From assembly GCA_963834525.1 (NCBI GenBank), contig CAWICA010000002.1, forward strand, positions 36,666 to 100,665: DNA of 64,000 nucleotides, in the 5' to 3' direction. This stretch comes from Bryobacterales bacterium. GTDB taxonomy: Bacteria; Cyanobacteriota; Vampirovibrionia; Obscuribacterales; Obscuribacteraceae. Shown here one piece after another: positions 30,206-39,451 of this stretch. Under the pieces are notes generated by a model. It searched no databases and was not told the origin of the DNA. It saw only the letters and a list, made by a program, of their open reading frames with translations. A program made the translations under genes and the position numbers. Position 1 is the first letter of the stretch. Every line of letters begins with the position of its first letter.

Positions 30206-31234
30206 TCAATAATGAAAGTGATATTGATGATACGACCTTAGAATTTTTGCTCCCAGGCGCTGCCAAGTGGAATGAATCCTGCCTGAGAGCTGTGTGCCAA
30301 TCTGAACGTATTCAACGTCCTTTTCCTTAAGCCAATTTATGGTGGCGTGGACCAGGCATTTATAAATCCCACGTCCTTGGAACCCAGGTTTTACAGCATT
30401 AAGCGGAATGGTGGCAATGTTCTCGCCCGTTTGGCGCTCCTTCGTCGACGGCAGCTTTACCGATAAAAAGCCTGCCAGTTGCCCACCCTTTTCATAGACA
30501 AGTACTCGGTCGGCAAGGTCGCCGTCAAGACATCGGCTCACCCATTGGCGATAGAGAAGGCGAACCTGAGCCATGGAAAACATTGGATCGTTACTGAAAT
30601 GGTTCACACTATTTTTACGATCGCCAAAACACTCTTCGGCTATTTCTTCAAGCGGCAGACGATCTGTTGCCACAGCCGGCCGGATGAGGGAATCTGACAT
30701 CAATAGATCAGCTTGCCTTATTGCCAACCGATAGATGATCACAGTGTCGGCCAAGAAAAAGTTGCTTCTGGCCAACGCTATCGGCATAAGTCCATCATCA
30801 GCTTCGACAGAAGCAGTCAAATGAGTAAGCGCCTGTTTCTTTCCCTCCGCACAAATGAACGAGATAAAGTCTTGAGCCTCATTCACCACCTGCCAATTCA
30901 ATGAACTGAGTGAGGGGCTCAAGATTGGCTCAACTTTGCCGAATCTTCCTTCAAAAAACTCTGAATAGAAGTCGACAACTCTCAGGCCAGCCAAATACTG
31001 ATCGCCTGTAGCTGACGAGCCATAAAGCCAGGAAGCATCACCTTGAAGAAGCTTTTCCGAGACCAATGGGACAGCGCTTGCATTTTTGTCTCCGTCAGGA
31101 CCGGACTGTCCAGATTTTGTCGCTTTTCTAACTAGATCTTTGGCGATTTTAAGATCCTCCTCACTTTGCAAAATGGAAGTCTGTAGCGGAATGGAGGAGC
31201 ACGTCATAGTTAATAAGCTAGAACAGTCAGACAA
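30206..31234 (-). CDS. WecD-like GNAT N-acyltransferase, paralog 3 of 3 (most divergent)
   Basis: 342-aa ORF. 'CFGDRKNSVNHFSNDPMFSMAQVRLLYRQWVSRCLDGDLADRVLV' and 'PGFQGRGIYKCLVHATINWLKEKDVEYVQIGTQLSGRIHSTWQRLGAKILRSYHQYHFHY' parallel the other two copies. Confidence 0.55.
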   Translation of the reverse strand: MSDCSSLLTMTCSSIPLQTSILQSEEDLKIAKDLVRKATKSGQSGPDGDKNASAVPLVSEKLLQGDASWLYGSSATGDQYLAGLRVVDFYSEFFEGRFGKVEPILSPSLSSLNWQVVNEAQDFISFICAEGKKQALTHLTASVEADDGLMPIALARSNFFLADTVIIYRLAIRQADLLMSDSLIRPAVATDRLPLEEIAEECFGDRKNSVNHFSNDPMFSMAQVRLLYRQWVSRCLDGDLADRVLVYEKGGQLAGFLSVKLPSTKERQTGENIATIPLNAVKPGFQGRGIYKCLVHATINWLKEKDVEYVQIGTQLSGRIHSTWQRLGAKILRSYHQYHFHY

Positions 31235-31287
31235 AGGAGTTAGTAGCCTGGCTCACTGCTAGCCAGTGCAATCGTATGAAGAATTGC

Positions 31288-31359
31288 AATTGAATTGTAC
31301 CTTACGGATTCCAGAGCTCGGCAGACGGCTAGAAATGAGAGCTCAAATTGAATTGCACC
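31288..31359. promoter_or_regulatory. Pair of 14-bp direct repeats (AATTGAATTGYACC) spaced 58 bp apart in a divergent promoter region
   Basis: aattgaattgtacc at 31288-31301 and aattgaattgcacc at 31346-31359. They lie between the divergent starts at 31234 (-) and 31451 (+). Confidence 0.25.
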
Positions 31360-31450
31360 GAAGTTAGAAGTTTTGAAGGGTGCTGTTGCAGTCATGAACT
31401 TAAGAGATACTGCTTAAATAAGCGGACATCGGTGAAGCTCAGAAAATCTC

Positions 31451-32191
31451 ATGCTCAGTTCGAAAGTCTTGAAAGAAGACAATTCAAAAGTCGCAGTTAA
31501 AACGCTAGCCGTCCTACAACCAGGCTACTTGCCTTGGCTGGGATTTTTCGATCAGCTGCTCAAAGCTGACATTTTTGTTCTTTACGATGATGTGCAATTT
31601 GATAAGAGCGGCTGGCGTAATAGAAACCGCATTAAATCCCCAAGCGGGCCGCACTGGCTTACAGTTCCAGTGCGCGTTAGCCATCTGGGTCAGTCGATTT
31701 TAGAAGTGGAAATTGACAATCGTCTGCCTTGGGCTCGCAAACATTTGGGCACGATCAGCCAGTTCTATAAAAGAGCGCCTTACTTTCAACAGTATTTTTC
31801 AACGCTGGAAGAGCTCTTGCATAGAAAGTGGGAGCTCATTGTTGATTTGGATATTGCCTTGATCGAGCAATTCCGAATCTGGCTAAATTTGACGACGACG
31901 ATCGTGCGATCGTCTGAATTGAACGTGCCTGGCGATCGAAGCACCCGCCTTCTTAATCTTTGCTCATTATTTAAGGCCAATCAATACATCAGTGGCGATG
32001 CCGCCAGGAGTTATTTAGATGTAGACTTGTTTGAGCAACATGGTGTGCAAGTCCAGTGGCAACAATATGTTCACCCGATTTACCCGCAGGGTGAGGGAGA
32101 GTTTGTTCCCTATTTGTCGACACTAGATCTGCTGCTTAACTGTGGTGACGCCAGCCGTTCTATTTTGGCTGCTGAGGCGACGGCGCAATGA
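31451..32191 (+). CDS. WbqC-family protein (function unknown, associated with O-antigen loci)
   Basis: 'LAVLQPGYLPWLGFFDQLLKADIFVLYDDVQFDKSGWRNRNRIKSPSG..WLTVPV' matches my recollection of the WbqC-like family N-terminus. It lies immediately upstream of an aminotransferase. Confidence 0.65.
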   Translation: MLSSKVLKEDNSKVAVKTLAVLQPGYLPWLGFFDQLLKADIFVLYDDVQFDKSGWRNRNRIKSPSGPHWLTVPVRVSHLGQSILEVEIDNRLPWARKHLGTISQFYKRAPYFQQYFSTLEELLHRKWELIVDLDIALIEQFRIWLNLTTTIVRSSELNVPGDRSTRLLNLCSLFKANQYISGDAARSYLDVDLFEQHGVQVQWQQYVHPIYPQGEGEFVPYLSTLDLLLNCGDASRSILAAEATAQ

Positions 32192-32221
32192 AGCACTTTA
32201 ACTAATTGAGGAGACGAACTG

Positions 32222-33361
32222 ATGACCTCGGTATTGAATACGGTGTCCTTCTTCATGCACGATTTAGGGCAGGCCGAATTGGATTCAATTGGCGAAGTAT
32301 TGAAAGGCCCGATTTTAACTACCGGTGAATCAGTCGTCAGATTCGAAAATCGATTCGCTGAGTATCTAGGCGTCAGTTATGCACTAGGCGTGACGAGCTG
32401 CACAGGCGCCTTACATATGTCTTTGATCGCACTAGGAATCGGTGCGGCAGACGAGATAATTACTACACCCCAGACATTTATTGCCTCGGCCACATCAATT
32501 CTCGAAGCTGGAGCCAAGCCTATTTTTGTCGATGTCGAGCCTACTACCGGTAACCTCGATGCAGCAAAGATTGAGGCAGCAATTACCGATCGAACCAGGG
32601 CAATTCTTCCTGTCCATCTCTACGGCCAGATGTGTGATATGAAGGCAATTCGCCAGATTGCCGACAAGCATGGATTGTACGTAATAGAAGATGCGGCGCA
32701 TTGTATAGAGGGACGCCGCGATGGAATAGCCCCAGGACAGCTCGGCGATACGGCTTGCTTCTCCTTCTACGCCACCAAAAATCTTACCTGTGGCGAAGGC
32801 GGCGCAGTAGTGACCAATAGTCAGGTTTTGTACGAAAAACTAAAACTCCTGCGCGTACATGGCATGAACAAAATAGCGGCAGATAGAGCGAAAGAGGGAT
32901 ACAAACACTGGGACATGTCCATCCTCGGCTGGAAATACAATATGGACAATATCCAGGCTGCCATTCTTCTTCCTCAGCTAGACAGACTGGAATCCAATTG
33001 GCTTAAACGCGACAACCTGGCAAAACGTTACGAAGCCTTGCTTAGCGATGTTCCAAGTGCCAGGCGACCGCAAACACAAAATGGTGTAAGACATGCCTGG
33101 CATCTCTTTCCAATTTGGGTCGACAAAGCCAAGAGAGACAAAATTATCAACGGCTTGCAGCAGCGCGGCATTAGTGTGATGGTCAATTACCGAGCCATAC
33201 ATTTGCTCACATACTTTGCCGAGCATTTCGACTTCAAACTGGGCGATTTCCCGGTAGCGGAGATGATCGGAGACAGCACAATTTCGTTGCCGTTTTATCC
33301 AAACATGCCTGTCGAACACGTCGATTATGTTGTGCAGTCGCTGCAAGAATTGTCAGATTGA
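32222..33361 (+). CDS. DegT/DnrJ/EryC1/StrS-family sugar aminotransferase
   Basis: 'SCTGALHMSLIALGIGAADEIITTPQTF', 'IEDAAHCIEG', 'FSFYATKNLTCGEGGAVVTN'. A GAGGAG Shine-Dalgarno-like sequence lies 8 nt upstream of the ATG. Confidence 0.85.
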   Translation: MTSVLNTVSFFMHDLGQAELDSIGEVLKGPILTTGESVVRFENRFAEYLGVSYALGVTSCTGALHMSLIALGIGAADEIITTPQTFIASATSILEAGAKPIFVDVEPTTGNLDAAKIEAAITDRTRAILPVHLYGQMCDMKAIRQIADKHGLYVIEDAAHCIEGRRDGIAPGQLGDTACFSFYATKNLTCGEGGAVVTNSQVLYEKLKLLRVHGMNKIAADRAKEGYKHWDMSILGWKYNMDNIQAAILLPQLDRLESNWLKRDNLAKRYEALLSDVPSARRPQTQNGVRHAWHLFPIWVDKAKRDKIINGLQQRGISVMVNYRAIHLLTYFAEHFDFKLGDFPVAEMIGDSTISLPFYPNMPVEHVDYVVQSLQELSD

Positions 33362-33370
33362 TTCAGCCGA

Positions 33371-34471
33371 CTAATGCATCTCTTTCTTGCCGGACGCCGC
33401 AATGATCGGGATCTGGCGCATCCACATCTGAGGCTGCCACCATGCCTGGTTATGCTGATACCAATCTATCGTTTGTCGAAGCCCTTCTTCGAAAATAGTC
33501 CTTGGCTCCCAACCCAAGATCTCCTTGGCTTTCGACGCATCACAGGTATGCCGGAACACCTGCCCTGGACGATCTCCAACCGATTGGATATGGCTTCCTC
33601 CCTGGTTTGGATTGCGCAAAACAAGATCTGTTTTCCGACGTCCGCCGCCGACTGCTGCGAACTCCCGATCAGGAACTTCCATTTCTTTCTTTACCGCTTG
33701 CGCGATCTCCAGCACACTGCGATGCTCGCCTGTGCCAAGGTTAAATACCTGGCCAACCACTTTGTCACGCTCAACATGGATGAAACGATCCAGGGCATCG
33801 CAGTGATCTTCGACAAACATCCAGTCTCTAGCAGCAGAACCATCGCCATGTACTGTAATTGGCTCGTCCAGGATGCAGCTGGTGATAAAGCGCGGAATTG
33901 CTTTTTCCAAATGTTGAAAAGGACCGAAATTGTTGAACGGTCTAATAATCACCGCCGGAATCTGGTAAGTCGCCCAATATGAGTAAATAAGCCGATCTGC
34001 ACCACACTTCGCGGACGCGTAAGGACTCATGGGGTTCAGCGGGTGATCTTCATCCATCTTGTCGGTGAGGGCACTGCCGTACACCTCTGATGTCGAAATA
34101 TGCAAAAAGCGCTCCACCCGGTTGCGGTACTTGGCAACAGCATTAGCAACAGTCTGGGTGCCGATCACGTCGGTCTCGAAAAACAATCGATTGTCGTAGA
34201 TGGATCGAGTAACATGCGACTCAGCCGCCATGTGCACAACGACATCTGCTTGCGACACAAGAGTGTCCATCAATTCGCCGTTGCGCACATCGCCATACCA
34301 AAACTCATAGCGTGTCGAGCCGAAAGCACCATCGGGGCAGTTCTGCACACTGCCAGCGTAGGTGAGGGCATCAACTACCAGAATGCGGTAATCCGGATAC
34401 TTTGTATAAAGATGCTTAACAAAGTTGGAACCGATGAAGCCGGCTCCTCCAGTAATTAAGATGGTCTTCAT
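33371..34471 (-). CDS. rfbB: dTDP-glucose 4,6-dehydratase-like SDR
   Basis: 'MKTILITGGAGFIGSNFVKHL..VVDALTYAGS', 'HMAAESHVTRSI', 'ISTSEVYG', 'SPYASAKCGADRL', 'RPFNNFGPFQHLEKAIPRFI', 'VHGDGSAARDWMFVEDH'. The start is taken at ATG 34471; the track ORF starts at GTG 34519. Confidence 0.8.
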   Translation of the reverse strand: MKTILITGGAGFIGSNFVKHLYTKYPDYRILVVDALTYAGSVQNCPDGAFGSTRYEFWYGDVRNGELMDTLVSQADVVVHMAAESHVTRSIYDNRLFFETDVIGTQTVANAVAKYRNRVERFLHISTSEVYGSALTDKMDEDHPLNPMSPYASAKCGADRLIYSYWATYQIPAVIIRPFNNFGPFQHLEKAIPRFITSCILDEPITVHGDGSAARDWMFVEDHCDALDRFIHVERDKVVGQVFNLGTGEHRSVLEIAQAVKKEMEVPDREFAAVGGGRRKTDLVLRNPNQGGSHIQSVGDRPGQVFRHTCDASKAKEILGWEPRTIFEEGLRQTIDWYQHNQAWWQPQMWMRQIPIIAASGKKEMH

Positions 34472-34817
34472 GTTCCCTCGTTTTGGATAGCTCTGAAATG
34501 CCTGGCAGGCTAGACGCACAGGAGATGTGAGAACTGGATGGTATTGCTGGCGGACATAGTCACGTTAGCAGTATCCCTTACAATCACCGTAATCAGATCA
34601 CTCTCTGAATCTTTTTAAATTGCACCTGATCGCCTGCCACTGCCTGGCAGTGCATAGCATGATATTTGTCATGAAGTAATATTGCTTAGCAAATAAGTCG
34701 AGGGATCTTACTGCACTGACGTTACCATCAGCTCATTACTAGCGTCGTCCTAAGTCATATAATTGCTAGTCGCAAGCAATTGTGCTGCGGGCACTTGCTG
34801 GGGCAAGGATTTCGAAC

Positions 34818-35937
34818 ATGGTCCTCCAAGTCGAACCGAAAACAGAATATGGGCTAAGACCTGGCGCAGAGGAATTTCCTCTCATGGTCGTAATGTCCAT
34901 CATTTATCCTTGCAATTTCGGCTGTCCGATGTGTCCATACACCGATGGCAATTCGGACATCCGCAAATTTTATCGCGAGCGCGACGGCGAGCTATTCCCA
35001 GTCGAACTCTGGAAAAGCATTGCCGACGAGGCTGCCCTACCAGGCCTGGATGCGTTGCACCGGTGGCGGTGAACCAATGCTGCACCCTCAAATGGTTGAA
35101 ATGGTGGAATATGCCAGAGAGAAGGGCGCTCGGATCTGGATGAACACCAACGGCAGCATGTTCGGGCCACATCCTAAGAGTCGCGCAAAACTGGAGCGCA
35201 TCATTAACGCGGGCACGGACTTAATCGAGTTTTCGATGGATGCCGGCGATGCTCAAACTTATGCCAAGCTAAGACCACCAAGAGGCGGGTTGACCCGACC
35301 GGAAGAAGAGTGGTGGGCGAATCAAGTAGGCAATGTCAAAGCTGCCTTGGAATTACGTAAGAAGCTAGTGCGTCCGACTCGAGTCGTAGTATCAGTCATT
35401 CGTCAGGAAGCGATCGAAGGTAAGTTACAAAAGGCCGTAGACTTCTGGCTGAACGAGATCGGCGTAGACGAAGTGATTACACGCAAATTTCTCACCTGGG
35501 ACGACAACACACAGATACCTCAAGGCAAGGCCCTGGATAAACACCTGTACCATGATTTGCCCACCAAAAAGGAGCAACCATGCGTTTGGCCTTTCGAGCG
35601 ATTAAATGTCGACACGCTCGGGCGCATTTCATTATGCGGGCAGGACATTTCGTTTCGCACGGCAGACCTCTTCCCTAACGCCAACGACAAATCAATAAAA
35701 GAGATATGGCAAGGCGACGTTTTCAATTGGTACCGCAGCATGCATCTAGAAGGGCGCGGTGCTGAATGCTTCCCCTGCCGCGGCTGTTCAGCCTGGCTAG
35801 CTGGAGTGCGCGATTGGGAACATGGTTGGTTGAAAGTCCTGCGCAGTTCTGCGGATCACTTACGCAAGGTAATGGCTGAAGATCTTGGCGCCGAAGTGGA
35901 GATCTATACACCGCAGGCAGCGAAAACTTCCGTATAG
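34818..35937 (+). pseudogene. Radical SAM enzyme with a Cys-rich SPASM-like C-terminus, split by a 1-nt frameshift near 35030-35045
   Basis: The cluster motif 'YPCNFGCPMCPY' is in the frame of ORF 34782-35072. The expected downstream 'GGGEPMLHPQMVEMVEYAREKGARIWMNTNG' and the C-terminal 'QPCVWPFERLNV..SLCGQD..ECFPCRGCSAW' are in the frame of ORF 34945-35937. The frames join at 'gctgccctacc' (CCC run at 35035-35037). Confidence 0.7.
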
Positions 35938-35971
35938 CATTCGCTCTCATCCGGCAGTGCAAGGTGTCTAA

Positions 35972-37467
35972 ATGACAGATATTTTCTCTACTATCCTCTC
36001 ACCGCCTGGATTTTTTCATCCACAACTTTCGATTGTTACACAAGCGGCTTTCCGAGCGAGCTATGGCGTCTTGTTAATGGCCACTCTCATTATGGTGTTA
36101 CCGCATTGGCAAAGATTCTTTCTCAGCGAACGTTGGGGTGGCTACGCACAATCAACTCCTGATGTGGACTTAATCCAGAATCCCATCGTTACGAGAATTA
36201 TCGCAGTAGTCTGGCTTGCCCTAGCAATCATGCTTATCGTGGGGTGGCATCCGGTATTGGCTTCAGCGATCAATTTGGTTTTATGTCGCTATTTTTTCAT
36301 CCACATGCGTTGGAAGGGGATACTTCGTGGGTTCGGAGCGCCGGGTTTCATCACCTATTGGACTGGTCTTGTAGTTTTTCTCTTGAGTTGACTTTGCACT
36401 ACGCAATACAACAAAGGCCATTAGCTCTTTCGACCGCGCAGATCGACTTCGCTTTCATTATGCTGTCCGCCGGCCTGTATAAATTTACAGCTGGATATGC
36501 TCAAAACAACGGTATGGAGTTCGGCATGGCCAACCCGCAGTGGGGTTGGTGGTGGAAATTTTGGAAGAACATTTCGCCGGAAAACATCGTTTTCAAAACC
36601 CTAAATCATTTTGCCTGGAGTACAGAGGTAGCGGCCGGCATATTGATGCTCATACCGCAGACACGCTTCATAGGCGGTTCTTTGATTCTTCTTAGTTTCA
36701 TTTTTATAGCCACCCAAATAAGGTTGGGTGTGCTTTGCGAGATGGTCATAGCTGACTGCTTCATTTTTTTCCATCCCGGCAGTCCAGGTGATCATCTCTT
36801 GCAAGCGTGTCTATTGTCCCCAATGCAGACACTCAACTTTGCACCACAAAATGTTCCGATCCTCAGTACAGTGTTGATGATTCTGCTAGTTGCATATCTG
36901 GTCATTCTACCGTTTGCCCATGCCGGACTCTTTTACAATTTCTACGGCCAAAAAGCTTTGCCTGGAAAATTGCAAAGCGTACTGGAAAGATATACCAATT
37001 TCTTCGGCATTATCATCTGGCGAGTCTTTTCAGTCGATCATACGAACTTCTTTCCGCTGATCTATCGCCAGAAGCGCGATGGCTCGGAACGCGAACTGAT
37101 TACTAATTACGGCTGGCAAGGCGGACTGCGCTTCGATAATGTCGGTGAATCCATTGTATTGACGTGCCTTTTTACAACGCTCAAATATTATGCAAGTAAT
37201 CAAACGCTCTTCAATGAAAGACTGCAACGTTACGCCCGCACTCTTCCTTGTTCCGCCGATAGTCTTCTCGAGTTCGAATACAAAAGCATCCGCAAGACGA
37301 ACCAGGGTTTTGATTTTGTTCAGGTCGCCTCTTACTTAGTTGACCCGGTCAATAATTCTGTCATCGAAACAATCATTGACGCCTCTCATTCCGTCCATGC
37401 TGCTCACCACACTTCACCCGTTCAAGAAGGTGTCCGACCGGGCAGCTACGTTCCTCTAGGCAGGTAA
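35972..37467 (+). pseudogene. Polytopic membrane protein (weak HTTM-like N-terminus) with a soluble C-terminal domain, apparently split by a frameshift near 36375-36390
   Basis: ORF 35972-36391 ends inside a hydrophobic helix ('ITYWTGLVVFLLS*'). The adjacent frame continues 'LELTLHYAIQQRP..FAFIMLSAGLYKFTAGY..WGWWWKFW' through further TM segments. A T5 run lies at 36375-36379. An alternative reading is two separate genes. The family call is weak. Confidence 0.5.
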
Positions 37468-37469
37468 TT

Positions 37470-39392
37470 ATGTGCGGCATCGCTGGTGTCTTTGGCAAAA
37501 ATGACTTGGCTACGGTTGAGTCCATGCTTGATCGCTTAATCCACCGCGGACCAGATGATGGTTATGCGGTAAGTGGCACAAATTATGCCTTAGGAGCAAG
37601 GAGACTGAGCATTGTTGGCGTGGCTGATGGACGACAGCCTCTCTCAAATGAAAATGGACGCGTCTGGGCTGCGCAAAATGGAGAGTTGTATAACTACCCA
37701 AGCAAAAAATTGGAGCTAATTGCCAAAGGACATAAGCTCCACACCGGATGTGATACCGAGATGCTTCCCCATCTGTATGAGGAATATGGGAGCGATCTCG
37801 TCCAACATATTGACGGTATGTTTGCCGTTGCCATCTGGGATGAAGAGAGGCAAATAGGCGTTCTGGCTCGCGACCGCATGGGGAAGAAACCGCTCTATTA
37901 TTACGAAGATAATGGTTCGATTTACTTTGCCTCTGAGATCAAATCGCTTCTATGCGTACCGGGATTCAACCGGCGTATAAATCTCCAAGCACTAAATTAT
38001 TTTTTGAGTTTCAAACACGTTCCCTGCCCTCTAACCATTTTTGAGGGAATACATGTTTTACCCCCAGCTCATGTGCTCCTTTTTCAATCAGGTAAGTCTA
38101 TTGAACTTCGTCGCTATTGGCATATCAATTGGTCAGTTTCTGATGAACTAAGCAACTTAAGCCAAGATGACTTAGCTGATATGCTACTCGACCGTCTTCG
38201 TAAAGGTGTTGAGAAACGCCTGATGTCCGATGTACCGATCGGTTTTTTCCTTAGTGGTGGCATCGATTCAAGTTTATCCACAGCGCTGGCTGCAGAAATA
38301 TCTGCAAACAAAATAAAGACCTTTACGCTTACCTATGGCGATAGTTCGACAACTGCGGGCAAGGAAGAAGACAGAAAGTGGGCCCGCTTTACAGCGCAAA
38401 AATATGCTACAGAACACCACGAGGAAAACGTCGAATTTGCCGACTTCCCAGAAAATCTCCGCAAGATCATCGCCTGTTTTGATGAGCCTTTTGCCGGCAC
38501 TATCTCTACCTACTTTTTGGCTAGCCTGATCGCCAAGCACGTAAAAGTTGCGCTCTCTGGTGATGGCGCCGATGAATTATTCGGCAGCTACTTGTCCCAT
38601 CGTTTGGCCACGCCGCTATCTAATTATCCTCGCTTTTTGAAAAGCGGTGACTTGGACCTGATCAAGCCATTTCAGTCTCAGATCGACCTACTAAAACGTC
38701 TCTACGAGCCAAACGACTGGCAGTGGCGAGCGAAGCTCTGGGTCTACGAGGAAGATGAGAAAAGACAGCTACTATCGGCCGACATTTACGCCGCTCTCCA
38801 AGGCGCCTCCGCGCTCGAGCGGACTAGAGAGGATTTTTCGGGACTGACGGCCACCGATCCATTGAACAGGGTATTGGAAGCTGAGTACAAAACGATATTT
38901 CCCGATCAAGTTCTGGCATTTGTAGACAGGCTCTCGATGGCCCATTCCTTGGAAATTCGTAGCGCCTATCTGGATACTGACCTTGTGGAGTTCGCTACTC
39001 GCTTACCAGGCCATCTAAAAATTAAAAATGGCGAAACAAAGTATCTACTTAAAAAGGCTGCTTTGAAGTACTTTCCAAAGGAAATGGTGTTCCGCCAGAA
39101 AGAAGGCTTCCTGATGCCTATTACCAACTGGTTGCAAAAAGATCTCGAGAGCTATGTACGTGACACACTTAGCCCGAAAAGATTGAGTAAACATCAGCTT
39201 TTCAACCCTGCAACAGTTCAGCATTTGCTGGACGAACTTTATAATTCCGAGTGTGACTACAGGCATGTGAACAAAGTCTTCTCGCTAGTTGTTTTCCAAG
39301 AATGGTTCGAGCTTTATATGGATCACGCCGGTGCTTTACAAACAGGCTCTGGCCGAATTGCTTGCAGTTCTACTGCTATTCCCTGTTCCTGA
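37470..39392 (+). CDS. Asparagine synthase (glutamine-hydrolysing)-family amidotransferase, AsnB-like
   Basis: N-terminal nucleophile 'MCGIAGVFG', 'HRGPDD', 'NGELYNY' and PP-loop 'FLSGGIDSSL'. 640 aa. Confidence 0.85.
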   Translation: MCGIAGVFGKNDLATVESMLDRLIHRGPDDGYAVSGTNYALGARRLSIVGVADGRQPLSNENGRVWAAQNGELYNYPSKKLELIAKGHKLHTGCDTEMLPHLYEEYGSDLVQHIDGMFAVAIWDEERQIGVLARDRMGKKPLYYYEDNGSIYFASEIKSLLCVPGFNRRINLQALNYFLSFKHVPCPLTIFEGIHVLPPAHVLLFQSGKSIELRRYWHINWSVSDELSNLSQDDLADMLLDRLRKGVEKRLMSDVPIGFFLSGGIDSSLSTALAAEISANKIKTFTLTYGDSSTTAGKEEDRKWARFTAQKYATEHHEENVEFADFPENLRKIIACFDEPFAGTISTYFLASLIAKHVKVALSGDGADELFGSYLSHRLATPLSNYPRFLKSGDLDLIKPFQSQIDLLKRLYEPNDWQWRAKLWVYEEDEKRQLLSADIYAALQGASALERTREDFSGLTATDPLNRVLEAEYKTIFPDQVLAFVDRLSMAHSLEIRSAYLDTDLVEFATRLPGHLKIKNGETKYLLKKAALKYFPKEMVFRQKEGFLMPITNWLQKDLESYVRDTLSPKRLSKHQLFNPATVQHLLDELYNSECDYRHVNKVFSLVVFQEWFELYMDHAGALQTGSGRIACSSTAIPCS

Positions 39393-39451
39393 CGAGACCA
39401 AATGTTATATACTGGCAACCCTTGGTCGGGTTTGCTTATACGGGTTGATCA

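Noticed and set aside
33374-33982. Long antisense or nested ORFs in the six-frame track. Examples are 33374-33982 (+), 51507-52004 (+), 57960-58484 (-), 60305-60817 (+), 11898-12323 (+), 5807-6163 (+) and 26731-27090 (+).
   Set aside because: Each lies opposite or inside an ORF with a strong enzyme-family signature. Their translations are Arg/Ser/Pro-rich and low in complexity, with no recognisable motifs. I treat them as shadow ORFs.
34538-34618. A 26-codon ORF (MVLLADIVTLAVSLTITVIRSLSESF) lies about 200 nt upstream of the radical SAM/SPASM gene on the same strand. I considered it as a possible RiPP precursor peptide.
   Set aside because: An ORF this short is expected by chance in a 300-bp spacer. 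It has no Cys, Ser or Thr pattern or leader-like motif typical of radical-SAM-modified peptides. The GGAG is 13 nt from the ATG. The genomic context is entirely glycan biosynthesis.
36244-36385. The N-terminal part of track ORF 36244-37467 ('MASGIGFSDQFGFMSLFFHPHALEGDTSWVRSAGFHH..').
   Set aside because: It overlaps the 3' part of ORF 35972-36391, which has convincing TM-helix character in the other frame. The 36244 frame becomes protein-like only after about 36390. The upstream part is most likely an out-of-frame read-through.
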